Positions 1-12,466 of a DNA stretch of 64,000 nucleotides are shown in pieces (the first letter of the stretch is position 1; every line of letters starts with the position of its first letter). Where the stretch lies: contig OZ296650.1 of NCBI GenBank assembly GCA_965655095.1, positions 116,932,001-116,996,000 of the forward strand, given 5' to 3'. The notes below the pieces were generated by a model, which was given only the letters and a program-made list of their open reading frames with translations, had not been told where the DNA came from and searched no databases. Source of the DNA: Haplodiscus bocki (Eukaryota). The position numbers and the translations under genes are program-made.

Positions 1-1215
1 GTATGGGTTGACCGCAGGCATCACAGTTGTGATGCAAAAGTCCCATTTTTTGAAAAAGACATGCCCGATTTCAATTTTTGCTTTTTTCTGACATCTTGGA
101 GGTGTTGGCGACGGCGGGGAGGATGGGATCGATGCTAGAGATATTCGTCGGGATTCTTCTGAATAAAACGTTTCCACGCCTGGAGATATCTCACAAGCAT
201 TCACTAAACTGGCCATCATTAGTGGTGTTGATATGTCGGAAACATCAGGCGTTTTCTTTTGCTTTGGGATGTCCTCAATTGCTGAAGGATGTGATTTGGT
301 CTCCGTAATGGTTGCCGGAGGTATTGGCGTCATCGTGTTGAAAATGTTCACGGGCAGATTCGAATCATTGAGACTAGAGCAATAATTGGTTGCTGTCTGC
401 CGTGGCCATAAGACTTGGTAGGTTTGTTTGAATTTGACTCAATTATCACAATCTGTGGTTCCAGAGATGCTACAGAGGAGATCGTGATATTTTCGCGTGC
501 CAATGCTGTTGATAAATAGGTGGAATTGAGTGCCTGTGGAGTATTGTTTCTGTTTGGGCTGTGTTCTCCCAACGACCGTCCTACATGGAAGACATCTGAG
601 TCTTGGAAAGGGATTCCGAAGAATTGACTCGAAACATTGCGATGAAGACTAAACTTTTGTTTTAGCTACTGGAATTGATGAAGCGACTTTAAAAAGTGAT
701 GAAGTAAACAAAACTCGGTAATTTTTTGCAGATGGGGAATGCTCTGAAGTTCCCGCGGTTACAGTTAGAATTGAGAAGGTCGAATATTTGACTCTGTAAC
801 TGAAGTTGATGGGTGGTAAACAAATCAAGGAATGAAAATGGGGAAGGAGGAGTTTTTGAGTTTCGTTCCTCAATGTGTAGTTGAAATGTCATGCTGACGT
901 CATTGCTGTCAGACAAATCAACCAAAATTAAAACCATGAAACTGAATGAAAAAAAATGTAAATCCACCATGTATTATCCTGATAGCCACGTTCTTCAATT
1001 TGAATAAAAAAAATGTCAGTCAATACGAGGGAGAGTGTTGTGGTTTTGGAGGATGTCAATCATGTTGCTGGAGCTGGCGAGCGAGAAGTGTCCCTTAACC
1101 CCTTGATGTCCCCGTTGAGAAGTTGGAGGGAAGTGAGGAAGAGGGGAGAGTGGCAAATTTTGTCAAACTTCGGTCATATCTGCAATTTTACTGGTAGACG
1201 AGATTTTACCGTTTC
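1..1215 (-). mobile_element. Degenerate Ty3/Gypsy fragment (integrase core/C-terminus and downstream region)
   Basis: Minus-strand remnants LNGDIKG (SxDxKGP-like integrase motif, ~1095-1120) and NRGNFRAFPICKKL (~720-760) match the integrase C-terminus of the two large elements here. The plus strand has the same G/T skew as the 51-64 kb element. Many stops. Confidence 0.5.
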
Positions 1216-1377
1216 ATGATCAGTCTGATCACGGTTTCTTCACTTTAAATGCACAGTTTACTTGTGAATGCAGACTGTGGGTCTGGTTTTCGGGGGCAAA
1301 ATTTTCATTTTTGCCCGCTAACATTTTATTTCTTGATTTGAACAAAAACAGATTTAAATTCAATTCAATCATATAAC

Positions 1378-1706
1378 TATTAGAGGGTTCTTGATCATCA
1401 GATCCGATTGAGATTGAGAAGCCGTCCTGCAATGCTCCGAATCTGTTGCTTCCAGATGATCCCTGGCTAGATGTTGGTCCACTTGAGTTATTCTTCTGAC
1501 TTGTGCCCACGCTGCCTTTGCTCCACGTGCTACGGTTGCCCCAATGTTTCCCGTTCCAAACCCACCGCCTAGTTTCACCTCCAAGCCTCTAGTTTTGACA
1601 GTTTTGTCTAAAAGCATTCGAATATCTGTTTGCCTCCCTGAATTTGACCCGCCAGTTTGTGGTTGCCATTCTTGCTGTAAAGCTGGTCCATTGTTGCCAC
1701 CAAGCC
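1378..1706 (-). pseudogene. EIF4G: eIF4G exon: MIF4G-MA3 linker, with a frameshift in the C-run at 1539-1542
   Basis: Acceptor tttcag|GG at 1706. Reads QQEWQPQT..., then after the shift TWSKGSVG...SNRFGALQ, matching eIF4G SWGKGSSG...NRFSALQ. Phase is compatible with the exon ending at 2476. The donor position is approximate. Confidence 0.75.
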
Positions 1707-2475
1707 CTGAAACGATGAGTTCATTCATCAAAATAAAAATCTCCAAGCGACCAAAGTTTTTTTTCATTACGCAGCCATTTTACTAATTGAAACCGAATCA
1801 CGAATCGAATGTTTCACTACCGATCGCGCCATTACTTGCAATCTGTATATTTATTTTTAAAAACATTTCACAAAAAAGTTTCGAAGATACTGTCATGAAA
1901 ATTTTGATGTACAACGCAGCTAATAATACTTTTTCATTATTTGAACTGTAATAGAAACTGATGAAAGTTGATTTACTTTCAATTATCAACAAAGAGCCAC
2001 CGGTAAATTATTTCACATGTTCTAGAGGTCTCATCATAAATGTCTGTGGATGAGAACATATCTTTAGAAAGCAATTATTCAAGAGTTGATTTATCAAGTC
2101 CATTTCTATCTTTAAATTTTTCAGTTGATTATAAATTGATTTTTTGTAATTTCCGATGGCGAAAACAATTTAAATAGTCGAGACAGCAACCGTCGTAAAG
2201 GGGAGAATTGCGCGAATTACTTCTTGAAAAAGACATTTTCCTTTTGCAACTTTTCATGACATATTGAAAAAAATTTAACTTGTATTTTAACTTACAGTAT
2301 TTGAGGCCTTTCTGGCCCCGGCGAACATTTGATCAAAAAGAAAGCTCAAAACAAAGGATTTCAGGATTCGAAAAAAAATTGAAATTTTTTAGTTCAATTA
2401 TAAGGTAAATTTAAAATTAATAGAAATGGACATCATTGATGGCAATACAAAATACAAATGCCGTTAAAGACTAAC

Positions 2476-2635
2476 GATTATTGTGCTGGAACTTGCGATC
2501 ATTGTAAGAATTTTGTCTGTCGTTTCTGTTTCTGCTTTTCATCATCTCAGCTTGCACTTTTACCTGAATTTCTTCTCTGGCCTCTTTGTGGAATTGATCA
2601 ATTGTCTTGAGCGCCGATCCTTTCTTCTTTAATAG
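2476..2635 (-). pseudogene. EIF4G: eIF4G exon piece immediately C-terminal to MIF4G (5' end lost)
   Basis: LKTIDQFHKEAREE resembles eIF4G PKTIDQIHKEAEMEE. Phase-1 donor C|gttagt at 2475. Confidence 0.8.
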
Positions 2636-3129
2636 GGGTGTGCGATGCATCAAATTTCAGTGCAGTACGTTGCACTTTGTATTGAGGTACAAAAGTTTCA
2701 ATGCAATGATTTTCTATAAAGTTTCTTCTACAATATATCTTGGATTTTTGGTTATCCTGCTACGTCAAGTATAAAATCGTGCAACATTTGCCTAGAACCC
2801 AATTACTGATATGTGACTTGTTTTTATGCGATCGACGATTATATTCTGAAAATTAGAATGTTGCTGGTTTTGTTTCATCGACAGATTTCATTGATTCCAC
2901 AATGTGATGTTTTTATATGAAAACTTTTTTTTCGACTGGAGTGAGAACATTAGGATCAGCTTCACAATCGCCCTCCCCTCCCCCGAAAGCACCTAGTTCA
3001 TAATCACCACCCCACGAGCACCAAAATCGAGATTGAATTTAGTTAGAAGACATGGTTACAGGCAACATAAATTCGTTTACAAATAGAAATAGGCCATCAA
3101 CAAGGAAGACCAATGAGATTAGAATCGAA

Positions 3130-5110
3130 TCTTGAAAATTAACTGGAGAGTTTGAAAAGATTGCCGGATCCAAAAATATATGTGTCTGTAAAAATTTTGA
3201 AAAACGATTTGCCTTCTTTTTCAGATAATTTTTCGAAGGTGTGTGAGGGTATACCACGATCTTGTAGCAAACTGTAAGCTCGCCTTACTTTCTTCGTAAT
3301 TGAGAATTTGTTGATTGTGTTTTTTGAGTGAAATGGTGTTGTTTTGCCTTTAGTCGGACTTTTAGTCTGGGGATAGCTAGAATCTGTACTGCTGTATTTC
3401 AGATCAAAAGTTTTCTTTCTAATGCTGCTGAAGACTTCACGAAAAACTCCCGAGATAAGCAACTCAAAAAAGTGTATATATTGCGTTCATGGAAAAAGTC
3501 GGTTACCGAATCCATGTGATGCCGGAAAATTATGGCGCGAGTTATCATGCTTTGAATGTCAATAATACTTCCTCAGAACTTTTAAACGTGCACCCGTACA
3601 CCATTACGCCGTAGGTAATAATAGGTTCAACGAGCGGGTTGTATAACATTATTGGTGGTTTTCGGTAGAAGTAGAGTCTTATTTTGTACATAACAGCACA
3701 GAACAATGTCAACTTCGATCGATTTTTTTCTTTGATGTTCATCGAACTTCAAATTTTTTTCGAAATCAACACCAAGGTATTTGCAGTACCGTTAACTTTC
3801 GAAATCGGGATTGTCAGCAAATCACAGTTATGGTCTCGGCCAAGCAATATAATTTCGCACTTTTTACTATTTAAATTGAGTTTGTTATCTCTAAACCATT
3901 CAACAGCCTCATCAAGGGTATTTTCATTTAAAAAACACTGTCCTCCTACGAACAAAAAATACTAGTGCATCAGCATGTACGTCCATCTGGCAGTCGTGAG
4001 AGACATACGGTAGGTCATTAAAAAAAACAATAATGGGCCGAGGACTGATCTTTGAGGCACACTACAGACTACATTGCTGATACCTGTTTAATTCACTTTT
4101 TTTACAACGTGATGTTGACGATTCCCTGGGTAGTTGGAAATCTGATTGTAAAGTATACCATAATGATTACCATAAATTACCAAAGTATTTAAGGGTCAAC
4201 AATAACAAACGTTTTTTCAACTCGACAAGACATAACTTTCCACCTAGCTTATTATCGAAGCTACTTCTGATTGATTCGTTTGAGTCAGATATTGCATTCA
4301 CGCAGCTAAAACTTGCCTAATGGCCAAACTGTTTAGACTATAAGATATTTGATTTTGCTGGCAAAATTGACCTTTTTCAAGAACGAGATATTTTCAGATA
4401 TTTTGCAGAGTGCACTACGAAGACTAATCGTGCGATAATTTTCAGCTTCGTCAAATTTGCCTGACGTGTGTACGGGAGTAAAATTCAATATTTTCCAGAA
4501 TTTGAAAAAAGTATGTGTTTCGATGATTTGATTGAAAATCTCTGAAAAATTTAATCGCCGGTGCAAATAAAATTTTCACTGAATATGTGATCGTGTGCGC
4601 ATGAAGATTTGTATTGCATGTTGTTGATTGTTTTCATTGTTTCCTGGGCACAGGTAGGCCGGAGTGCAAGCGAATGTAATCTTCCTTCCTCATGGAACAT
4701 TGGTTTTTTGCAATTATCAAACTTTTTGACAAGATCAGGTTCAACATTAGTGAGTTAATCAACTTTTACAAACTGAGCACTTTGCATTTGCGAGCATTCA
4801 CTGGCATGTTCGTGTTAGGATATTTGATTGCAGACTTCAAAAAATCGATTACGCGTTGGAGTGGCCCTTTATTGATTGCGAAAAAAGTTGTTTTTAGCAT
4901 TTCTAATGTCAATTCTGGTCGCATCTTGAAATTTGCTGTACTTCCTATTGTTTCAATCGTTGAAAAAATAATCCAGGGCCGACACGCATACTCGCGCTTG
5001 TTTAGAGCGTTTTGAACCCATTGGTCATCCACGAATTTTTGAGTTTTTTCTTCGAACATTATTGGGCGGGTGCGTAGCTATCTAGTTTTTCTCGAACAGT
5101 TTTTGTAAAA
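3130..5110 (-). mobile_element. Degenerate non-LTR retrotransposon (CR1/L2-type) reverse transcriptase
   Basis: Collinear motifs RPWI; FNQIIETHTF..WKI..TPVHTSG..ENYRTISL; VPQRSVLGP; HADA (YADD-like); EWFRDNKLNLNSKKC; YNPLVEPIITYG. Multiple frameshifts and stops. Confidence 0.85.
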
Positions 5111-5535
5111 ATTGTGTTTTTTCAACGATTCTAGAATCACACTTGATTTAAGTGGATTGAAATTCAGTTGCAATTTTCCCAATTTTGGTTTCTTTCAGGT
5201 TTCTAATTTTTGATGGTACAATATCACAGCCTTTGCTATCACCAGTGCATGAAAATTATATCATATCAAAAAAATGGTCACGTACAAAAATCTTGAGGGT
5301 TTTCGTATATAGGTTCTCTTTATGATTTGCGTGGATATGATCTATGCAATTTTTGACTGTTTTTAGTGAGCTTTTTCACATTCGTGTTCCACTGAGAAAA
5401 ACCAAAAGCATCGAAGTAACTCTTTTTACTCACATTTGTTCTTAAATGTTATCATCGATTCTAAATTGAACTCACCACATAATTTTGCATGATTCTATTT
5501 GCCAACAAGATTTTTCAAAAGCTTCTCAAACTCAC

Positions 5536-5930
5536 AAGAGAATTAAGGAAGTATCTGCTGAGAATGCTGGCAGAGTAAGGCAGTTTTCATGGGGTCGGGC
5601 TTGGTTTTTACTTTGACGCCAAGACTTTCAGTATTGGTTTTTGCCATGACAATGGAATAGTGGAGAGATTGGTTGGCATAGGTAGCAAGTCTGCCTCCAC
5701 TATTGACTAATCTGCTAATCTGTGTTTGACATATGGAATACCATACATACATTCCTATTCCGTACAGGCCATCGTCTTTCAATCATTTTTCGCAAAGACT
5801 ATTAAGACTAGGTTTTTGACCAAGACCATCTCCACGGCAGAGTTGTTGATCGAAATTTTTCCAAAAAGATCGGATATCATCCAGTTGCAGCAGATCGTTT
5901 TTGAGAAGTGGATCAAATCTGTCAGTTAAG
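5536..5930 (-). pseudogene. EIF4G: eIF4G W2 (HEAT-3) domain N-terminal part, degenerate
   Basis: Across frameshifts: LTDRFDPLLKND ~ LNRQLEKLLKEG; DG/LVKNLVLIVFA ~ NTLVRALMTAVC; SILSRYFLNSL ~ NLLRMFFDAL. Ends at a gtgag donor at 5535. Confidence 0.55.
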
Positions 5931-6849
5931 TTTTTAAGCGTAAAGAAACAATAGTTCTTCAAATAGATATGTTATGTAGGTTATGGATTTATGCAGTCAA
6001 GCTTGGTAGCAATATTTTTTATATCTTTGCATGTTAAACCCCCTGTCCTTTAAGTACGGAGCCGAAGTTTGACTGCATTCTAAACTCGACCAAGACAAAC
6101 AAAAGCTTCCTAGGAAAGGCAATTCAACTTAGCGGTTTAAACTACCGATGTCAGATCTCTGATATCATTACTTCAAAACGTGAAAAACAGATACTGAAAT
6201 CACTGAATGTTTGCGTTTTGAACAATCGGATGAACTATAGTGAGGAGCTGCTTGTATACCTAGCGTCTTTATGTTCATAAATTATGCTTTTAGAGTGTTG
6301 TACGGTTAATTTCGACATAGATGCACTTTGAAGAAAATTCCACCCATGTGGTGCGGACTAAAACAGATTATTTTGTTTATTTTTCAAAAATCAGGAAGTG
6401 TAAAATTTCATATTTGAAGGCATTTTTTTATCGAATCATCTTCATAAAACTACTTTCCATTTTTAAAGTAAGTAAAACCGAGATCAAAAGCTATTTTTTT
6501 AAGAACTTTGGACAAAAACTGATTAAAGAATGCTAATCTGTTGAGATCATTGCTGCCATTTTTGGCAAATATTATGCTCCTTGGCAAAATGATATAAATT
6601 CAAAAAAGGTTCCTTTAAATTTCCCCATCTTCCGTAATTTGAGAAAGGATGCCAGGTAGGCATTAAGCGCTAAGAGTTGGACGCTTAAGACAATTGGAAT
6701 TGTGCAATTTTGGCCAAATTTGACTCATAATTGGGAAAAAGCGGAATATGAAATTCATCGCTTCACTTTACCGCTCAGCCAGTCCGACTTGCCAAGAAAA
6801 AAAGTAAATTCTATAGGCCTTAAATCAAGCTTCATGCCTAAAAACATAC

Positions 6850-7497
6850 ATCATTGACCATAGGGCGTTGTCTGCGCAACCAGTCTGGAGCAAAGTCATT
6901 TCCAAAACCGCCCAAGGAAGAGTTTCCATATTTGTGCGAAGACTGTGAGAAATCACGGAAGTCATTGACTGGCACGTTATCAGCTAATGGCTGCAAGAAC
7001 TGAGGACTGTGTGTCACGATATCTTTGAATTGCGGTTCTTGTGTGAAAGGCGCTTTCTTGAGAGAACCTGCTGCCTTCTGTTTACTCAACAAAAAATCTC
7101 TATCGTAAACTTTTCGGCCGTTGCTTGATGATTTCCCAATACTTGCCGCCGTTGGTGTACTGTCGTTATCAACCACAAATTTGGTTGCCGTGTTTCCATT
7201 CTCAGGAGTATCGTCAGGAGGTAAATTGTCAAAAATAATATTGCCCTTTGATGAAAATTTCTCACATTCATTGACACGCAGCTCTAGGTCCACCACACGA
7301 TTTGTAAGTAAGCGAATTTGATTGTCTTTTTCAGATAATTTATCAAGCAAATCAATCAAAATTCCCTTTAGATGAGGATTATCTAACGAATTCAATGCTT
7401 TTTGAGCGATAGTTGAGTAATGTTCATTCAAACTTGGTTGCACAGTGGGACAAACGACATTATGCGTGAATGTAGGTGCTTGTCCGGATATGAAGGA
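6850..7497 (-). CDS. EIF4G: Chimeric eIF4G exon copy 1: N-terminal piece + LINE-ORF1-like segment + eIF4E-binding region
   Basis: Open 648-nt phase-0 exon (tttttag| ... |gtatgt). Contains RKVYDRDFLL (YxxxxLphi; compare KKRYDREFLL) and DFAPDW. Function is uncertain because the upstream exon is interrupted by a MITE. Confidence 0.75.
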
Positions 7498-7665
7498 CTA
7501 AAAAAAACACAATTCATTTCAAACAAAATTTCGTGTTTCTGAAACTAAATGTGTACATTTCATTCAAATGATATTTTCGAAAAGCTTGGTGGCAAATAAT
7601 CTAAAATGAATAGGGAAGCAAATAGATTCCAAAACTTTCATCCAATAAAAAGCCTAAGCACTCAC

Positions 7666-7707
7666 CATGTCGCGTGTTTGCGGATACATAGGCGCAAAAG
7701 TTGGATT
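7666..7707 (-). CDS. EIF4G: eIF4G N-terminal micro-exon (NPTFAPMYPQTRDM), copy 1
   Basis: 42 nt, tttcag| ... |gtgagt, phase 0. Identical in the duplicate while the flanking introns differ. Confidence 0.7.
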
Positions 7708-7771
7708 CTGAAACACGAACAATGTTACCATGAGTTCAAAAAGCATAAATGATAGAATTGGCAAAACTTAC

Positions 7772-8790
7772 GCCGGCAGGAAACAAATGTCCTTTATTTG
7801 CTAGGGCACTTTTGTTAACGAATGGCATCGGGTTCGCGTTTGTATAAGGAGTATTAAATAAGTGTGATCCAATTGGTGATGAATTCCCGGGTTGACGTCT
7901 CAGAGACATTCAGCGCTGATCAGCTCTGTTTCAGAATACTTTCAGGTCTGTTTCAGCGCTGTTCATTACCTGAAAATCTCTGAAACAGCGCTGATTTTTG
8001 AATAATTCAGAATGACAATTTTTGGTTAATTTTTGGTTTTCACTTTTTTCAAAATTTTTCTAAGTACCTGAATTCTGAGGCACACAATTCTGGTTTTCAG
8101 CCCAGTTTACAAAAAGAAGTGAGAGACAAAAGTTTACTTCTCCCTTTCCGTAGAGGACAAAGATATCTCACATACTTGAATTTTTGGGTTTACTGTTACT
8201 GCTCAAGTAACAAAACAGATATGGTTCAACTTTTCAAAAATATTTTTGCGTTTATAGGGGTAAAATTTCGAGATTATTCCAAGAAATTTGAGTCTTTGCT
8301 TTCAATTTGCAGAATTTTTACCTTTTCTTTAATACAGCATACCATTTTAATGACTACTTCGTGCGTTTTCAGCACTTCGGACTACGTTATCATATTTTGA
8401 TAGTCTCATCTACATGTGTAAATATCAGAACTGATTCATTCAGAGTAAATCACCGCTGAATCAGCGCTGTTCAGCGCTGAAAATCCAATGTTTCAGAGCT
8501 AAGAACATCAACGCTGAACAGCGCGGATTCAGAGCTGTTTCTCTCTGAAACAGCGCAGTTCAGCTCTGAAACAGCGCTGAATTTTTCAGTTCTGAACAGC
8601 GCTGATTCAGAGAACATCAAAGCTGATCAGCTCTGAAGCAGAGCTGATCAGCGCTGATGTTTATCATGTTCTCTGAATCAGCGCTGAAAAACGTCAAAAC
8701 TATGAAACAGCGCTGTTCAGCGCTGATTATCTCTGGGACTTCAACCCGGGTTAATAGAGTGAACTTGGACCGCTGATTGAACTTGGAATA
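7772..8790 (-). pseudogene. EIF4G: eIF4G N-terminal exon (...GHLFPAG) copy 1, interrupted by a MITE
   Basis: Donor |gtaagt at 7771. Homologous to the uninterrupted 47227-47376. Split by the insertion at 7886-8750. Confidence 0.65.
7886..8750. mobile_element. 865-bp non-autonomous TIR DNA transposon (MITE), CACTA/CMC-like
   Basis: Imperfect ~48-bp TIRs (CCCGGGTTGAcGTCtCAGAGA ... TCTCTGGGACTTCAACCCGGG), many subterminal CAGCGCTG palindromes, and a 2-bp TT target duplication consistent with the empty site at ~47336-47345. Confidence 0.9.
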
Positions 8791-8796
8791 CACGTT

Positions 8797-9585
8797 TAGC
8801 GCGGTCTTATGTCATTTGGTACGTAATAAAGCAAACAACGCGACTATTTTTCAGCCAGGCATGTTGTGTATGTTGTGAGATGAGATTTAGAAGTATGCGC
8901 TAGCTAAAATGGTGAAATTTAATTTTTCTGAGAAATGCATTCTGCTTGTTTTCTCAATGGTGTAGAATTTCTCGAACCAACTGAAAAACTATTTCAAGAA
9001 GACGACGCGTTAAGCAACAACCCATTATATAGACATGCTGAAATGATTTAACTATGCAAAGAGAAAGAAAATTCAACTGTCCGAAAGATTTGAGAGGTAA
9101 TCAAATTCGATTATTCATTTGTTCCCATTTTCTTCAGCATATTGCCCCAATATATACGTTTAGCTGCTCAACGGATACTGTCTCAAACGAAGTACAGTGC
9201 TTTTATAAAAGGTTCGTACTTCTATCTGTGCAAAAAGTTTTAGACAACACGAGTTTCCGCCGAAAAAGAATAAAAATCTCAAACATTGCAAAAGTTTCTT
9301 ATAATTTCACCTAGTTTACGGTGATGATGAAACTTCTAGATATATTATACAGCAGCTTGAAGACTTTGTGTCCGCATGTATTAAAATAGGATATTGCATC
9401 ACAACCACAACGCTTTATGTTTTCAATTCTAAACTTCGGTACATTTTATTTACTCACAAGATGCCCTTCATCTACCGATTGCAGTAAGAAGTTGGCAGTT
9501 CCTTGAGTGCAATTCTTCAAGAAATAAGAACCCTCATATATATTCAGATTAAGCAAAAAAATTTCAGGAAATGCTGGTTCTTGGG
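8797..9585. repeat. ~0.8-kb dispersed repeat, copy 1 (probable non-autonomous transposon)
   Basis: Homologous to 48016-48826 and 50025-50750. It starts gcggtcttatgtcatttg, whose reverse complement also occurs at ~47693-47709. Confidence 0.85.
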
Positions 9586-12204
9586 TTTTTTGAGCTGAAA
9601 AAATTTCATATTTCAGAAAACTCTAAATTTTTGGTCGAAAAAAGGCAGTATTTAGAACTATTACTCTTTTAGACGCATTCTACAAAACTTTTTCCTGATC
9701 AAAAAATTTTGCGGCAACATTGAAGAATCAGGTTTTTTTTTGCAAATAAAAATATATTTTGGTCGAAAAAAGGACTTCTGAAAACACATTACGATTTGTG
9801 ACGCACTCTAAAGCACATCACTGCAACTTGCCAGAATCATGTACTTGGCAAGTAAACTTGAAAAACAACACAGGCGGCGAATGAATTTTTTTCCATCATA
9901 TAAATATGGGCGGAAAATAATAGGAAAATAGGCTCATAGCTATCTGAAACAGGAAAATAATCCTAAAACATGGCGCTTTGAGCAGCGCAAACTATAACTC
10001 CAATCAAGGATTATCGCGAAGCAGTAGATTCTATGATTGATGGAATAAGTATTTACTGGGGCGAACCACAAGACTCAAGAGAATCGATGGTCAGGTTGGG
10101 ATAATGCATGAGGGCCAAAATTTCTAATCCTCGGGCAGAATCGACTTCGACAAACAGAGGGGACAGAGTAGCCAACTCAATGGGAAGCTAGATGAAGAAG
10201 CAGCTAGCACGAAAGTAGTCAGAATACTTTTCTTTTGATCAGGGCAAGCGGCGCAAAAGACAATATCCGACACAGATGCGAAGCTTTGCTTTTGCTTACA
10301 TTTGCGACAGAAGTGAGCAAGGATATCGACTAACTGCTCACAGACGAAAAAGGTTTGATTGTTGTTGTTTTCAAAATAAAAGATTCCATTGAAAAAAAAT
10401 ACAGTTCAATGAAACAGAACTTTCCGGCTCCTCTTTTCAATTGCCATACTAAAGCAATACTGGAGTTTGAACTGAGCACTTGATGGCCTCAATCCAACCA
10501 GTACTCTTCGAGAAAACTATCTTTAGAAAACACGCATTCAAAAATTTTTCTGATCTCAAAACACATGTGCAACTATTTCACGTGAGATGAAATGATTGAG
10601 AAGAGGTCGGGTCCACTTCTTCCCAGATTCCTTCGCATTGCCGGTTTTTGAAAGCGCACTGGGTGGCCGCAATCCAACCAGAAGTCTCCGAGAAAATCAT
10701 CTTTAAAGAGGGACGCAACTTGAAGAAATTCAAAACAAAAATGACATGAAAGGACTGGAACGGGTCATCCCGGCTACAGTGTAGGCTCCTCATATTGCAG
10801 AATTTTGAATGAGCGTTGGAGAGGCGCAATCACACCATCAGAAATCCAAGAAAAACAAGTTTGGAAAAGGAATTGAGTGAAAGCGTGGAATGTATGAGAA
10901 GAGACATCCCCGTTTCTCCAGACGTTCCCCATATTGCAGGCGCTTGAAAGAGCAACGGAAAACCACAGTTCAACCAGTAGTATTTGAGTGAAACAACTCT
11001 GAAGGACGCAAAGGGAATAGTTTTCTAATTGCAAAGTAAAAAGCAAGAAATTTCGCTTGAGAAAAATGAAATGGAACATCATGGCTTGTCTGAAGATTCT
11101 CAACTATGCGTGTTTTTGACAGAACAGAAACTGAAAAGAGAAAAATCAGAAACTGAATACAAGTATTCAAGCAATTAACCAATGTAGATGACATAAGCTT
11201 AGCTGGCGTAGCTTTACCATTTGGCACGTTTAACAATTGACATATACATGCCTAAAAAAGAAAGTCAAGACATGTCCCTACAATATCGAGCACCTTCGAA
11301 TTCGATGTTATGAAGAAACTCAGATTTTCTTTCAGAGGACATACTTTTCAATTTGAGCAAAACACGACGTCGACTCAACAATTTAAGTTAGGTAAAGAGA
11401 TAACTCCAAATTGCTAACAACTTTCAATAGGCAGCGCGGTCGGATTTCAGCTGAATCATCAAACACCCCAACTTTGCTGAAAAAGAAGTGTAAAGCCAAC
11501 GGAAATTAGTGAACACGATGCTGATGACAAACAAAACCCAGCATCGTTAAAGAAAAAAAGGAGTCCAAAAGTAGTCTCGGACAATGAATAAAAAAATCAC
11601 CTAAGCTTCGAAACTCTCCTGCCAAAAGAATCAGGAATTGCCGCAATCTGGAATCATTTGAATTACATCACAGAGGATCTCGAAATTGAAGAATTCATTG
11701 CTTACAAAGCAGCTAATGGTAGTAAGAAGCAACTTTCAACACCAAACACCACCGTAACCCACGAATCTGTCGTAAGAGAAACCACCGAAAAGAAGAAAGA
11801 AAATATCCTACTATTTGTAACTGAAATGAACCAAGAAAAGCGAACGCAGCCTTCATCAGACCGACGAAAAGCCCGAATAATCTTATGGAAATAATGAAAA
11901 ATGGCAATCTGAAACAGAGATATTATGCTCGAAAACACCCCCAAAGTGGAATAAAATTCTTCGAATCATTTATTAATGAGAATCATTCCAAAGCAGAAGT
12001 CTATGGTATGTAATGAGAGGAGAGTTCAAAGTTTCCTTGCCAATAGGGCGGGGGTGGGTAATGAACACGAAGACCAGATTTTTATTAGTCAATTCGCGGC
12101 TTGGCCGTTCTCAAAAGCGGCCCTTTTATTGTGCCTCGGTTGATTCTACAGTTGATATGGAGTAAGAAATACAAAAGACTGCTAAATTGAATTAATTGAA
12201 AACC

Positions 12205-12421
12205 AAGAAAGCTTGTCAAAACTATCAAACGCCTCAGTATGTAGGCTGGTAAGAATTGAGTCCAATTTAGCTGATCCTCGAATTTTCTTCACATTCAGAG
12301 CTCCAAGTTTTTCCAAAACATTCAAACCACGTCGTTTCTAGGCCAATATTGACGTTCCTTGATTTAATTCTGCTAAAAATTTTCCGATATGAGGTCCCGC
12401 TTTCATACCGTTCATTATTTT
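12205..12421 (-). pseudogene. EIF4G: eIF4G MA3 domain C-terminal exon remnant
   Basis: Acceptor ttttcag at 12422. KAGPHIGKFLAEL ... QLNWTQFLP resembles the MA3 end GKAASLLLEIL ... GLSWKEFLP. Contains stops. Confidence 0.5.
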
Positions 12422-12466
12422 CTGAAAAGGTATTGGAGAAGTTCCTGGAAAGGGAAATAGACTAAC

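Larger units (their letters stand above)
6113..9585. repeat. Segmental duplication copy 1 (partner about 45563-48826)
   Basis: 6150-7497 is nearly identical to 45600-46949, and identity falls further right. This copy carries the MITE; the partner has a different insert at ~47380-48015. Confidence 0.95.

Noticed and set aside
1950-2105. BACK-domain-like text on the minus strand (LDKSTLExLLSKD...CEIIYRWL)
   Set aside because: Short, interrupted by stops, and with no supporting BTB or Kelch sequence.
5543-5782. Resemblance of the ORF to SLC36 amino-acid transporters
   Set aside because: Three collinear segments and the splice donor fit the eIF4G W2 domain better, and the surrounding context is eIF4G.
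7900-8740. CAGCGCTG repeats as a CRISPR-like array
   Set aside because: Eukaryotic context, irregular spacing, no unique spacers, and enclosed by TIRs, so these are MITE subterminal repeats.
9630-9930. Short repeat (gacgcattcta..., ataaatatgggcggaaaata) resembling 45020-45160
   Set aside because: Probably another small non-autonomous element, but its ends and TSD cannot be defined.
10400-11960. Possible decayed LINE ORF1 followed by an endonuclease start (atgaaaaatggcaatctgaaac, MKxAIWN-like)
   Set aside because: The DNA is coding-like and A-rich, but no diagnostic motif could be recovered; it needs a repeat-library or BLASTx search.
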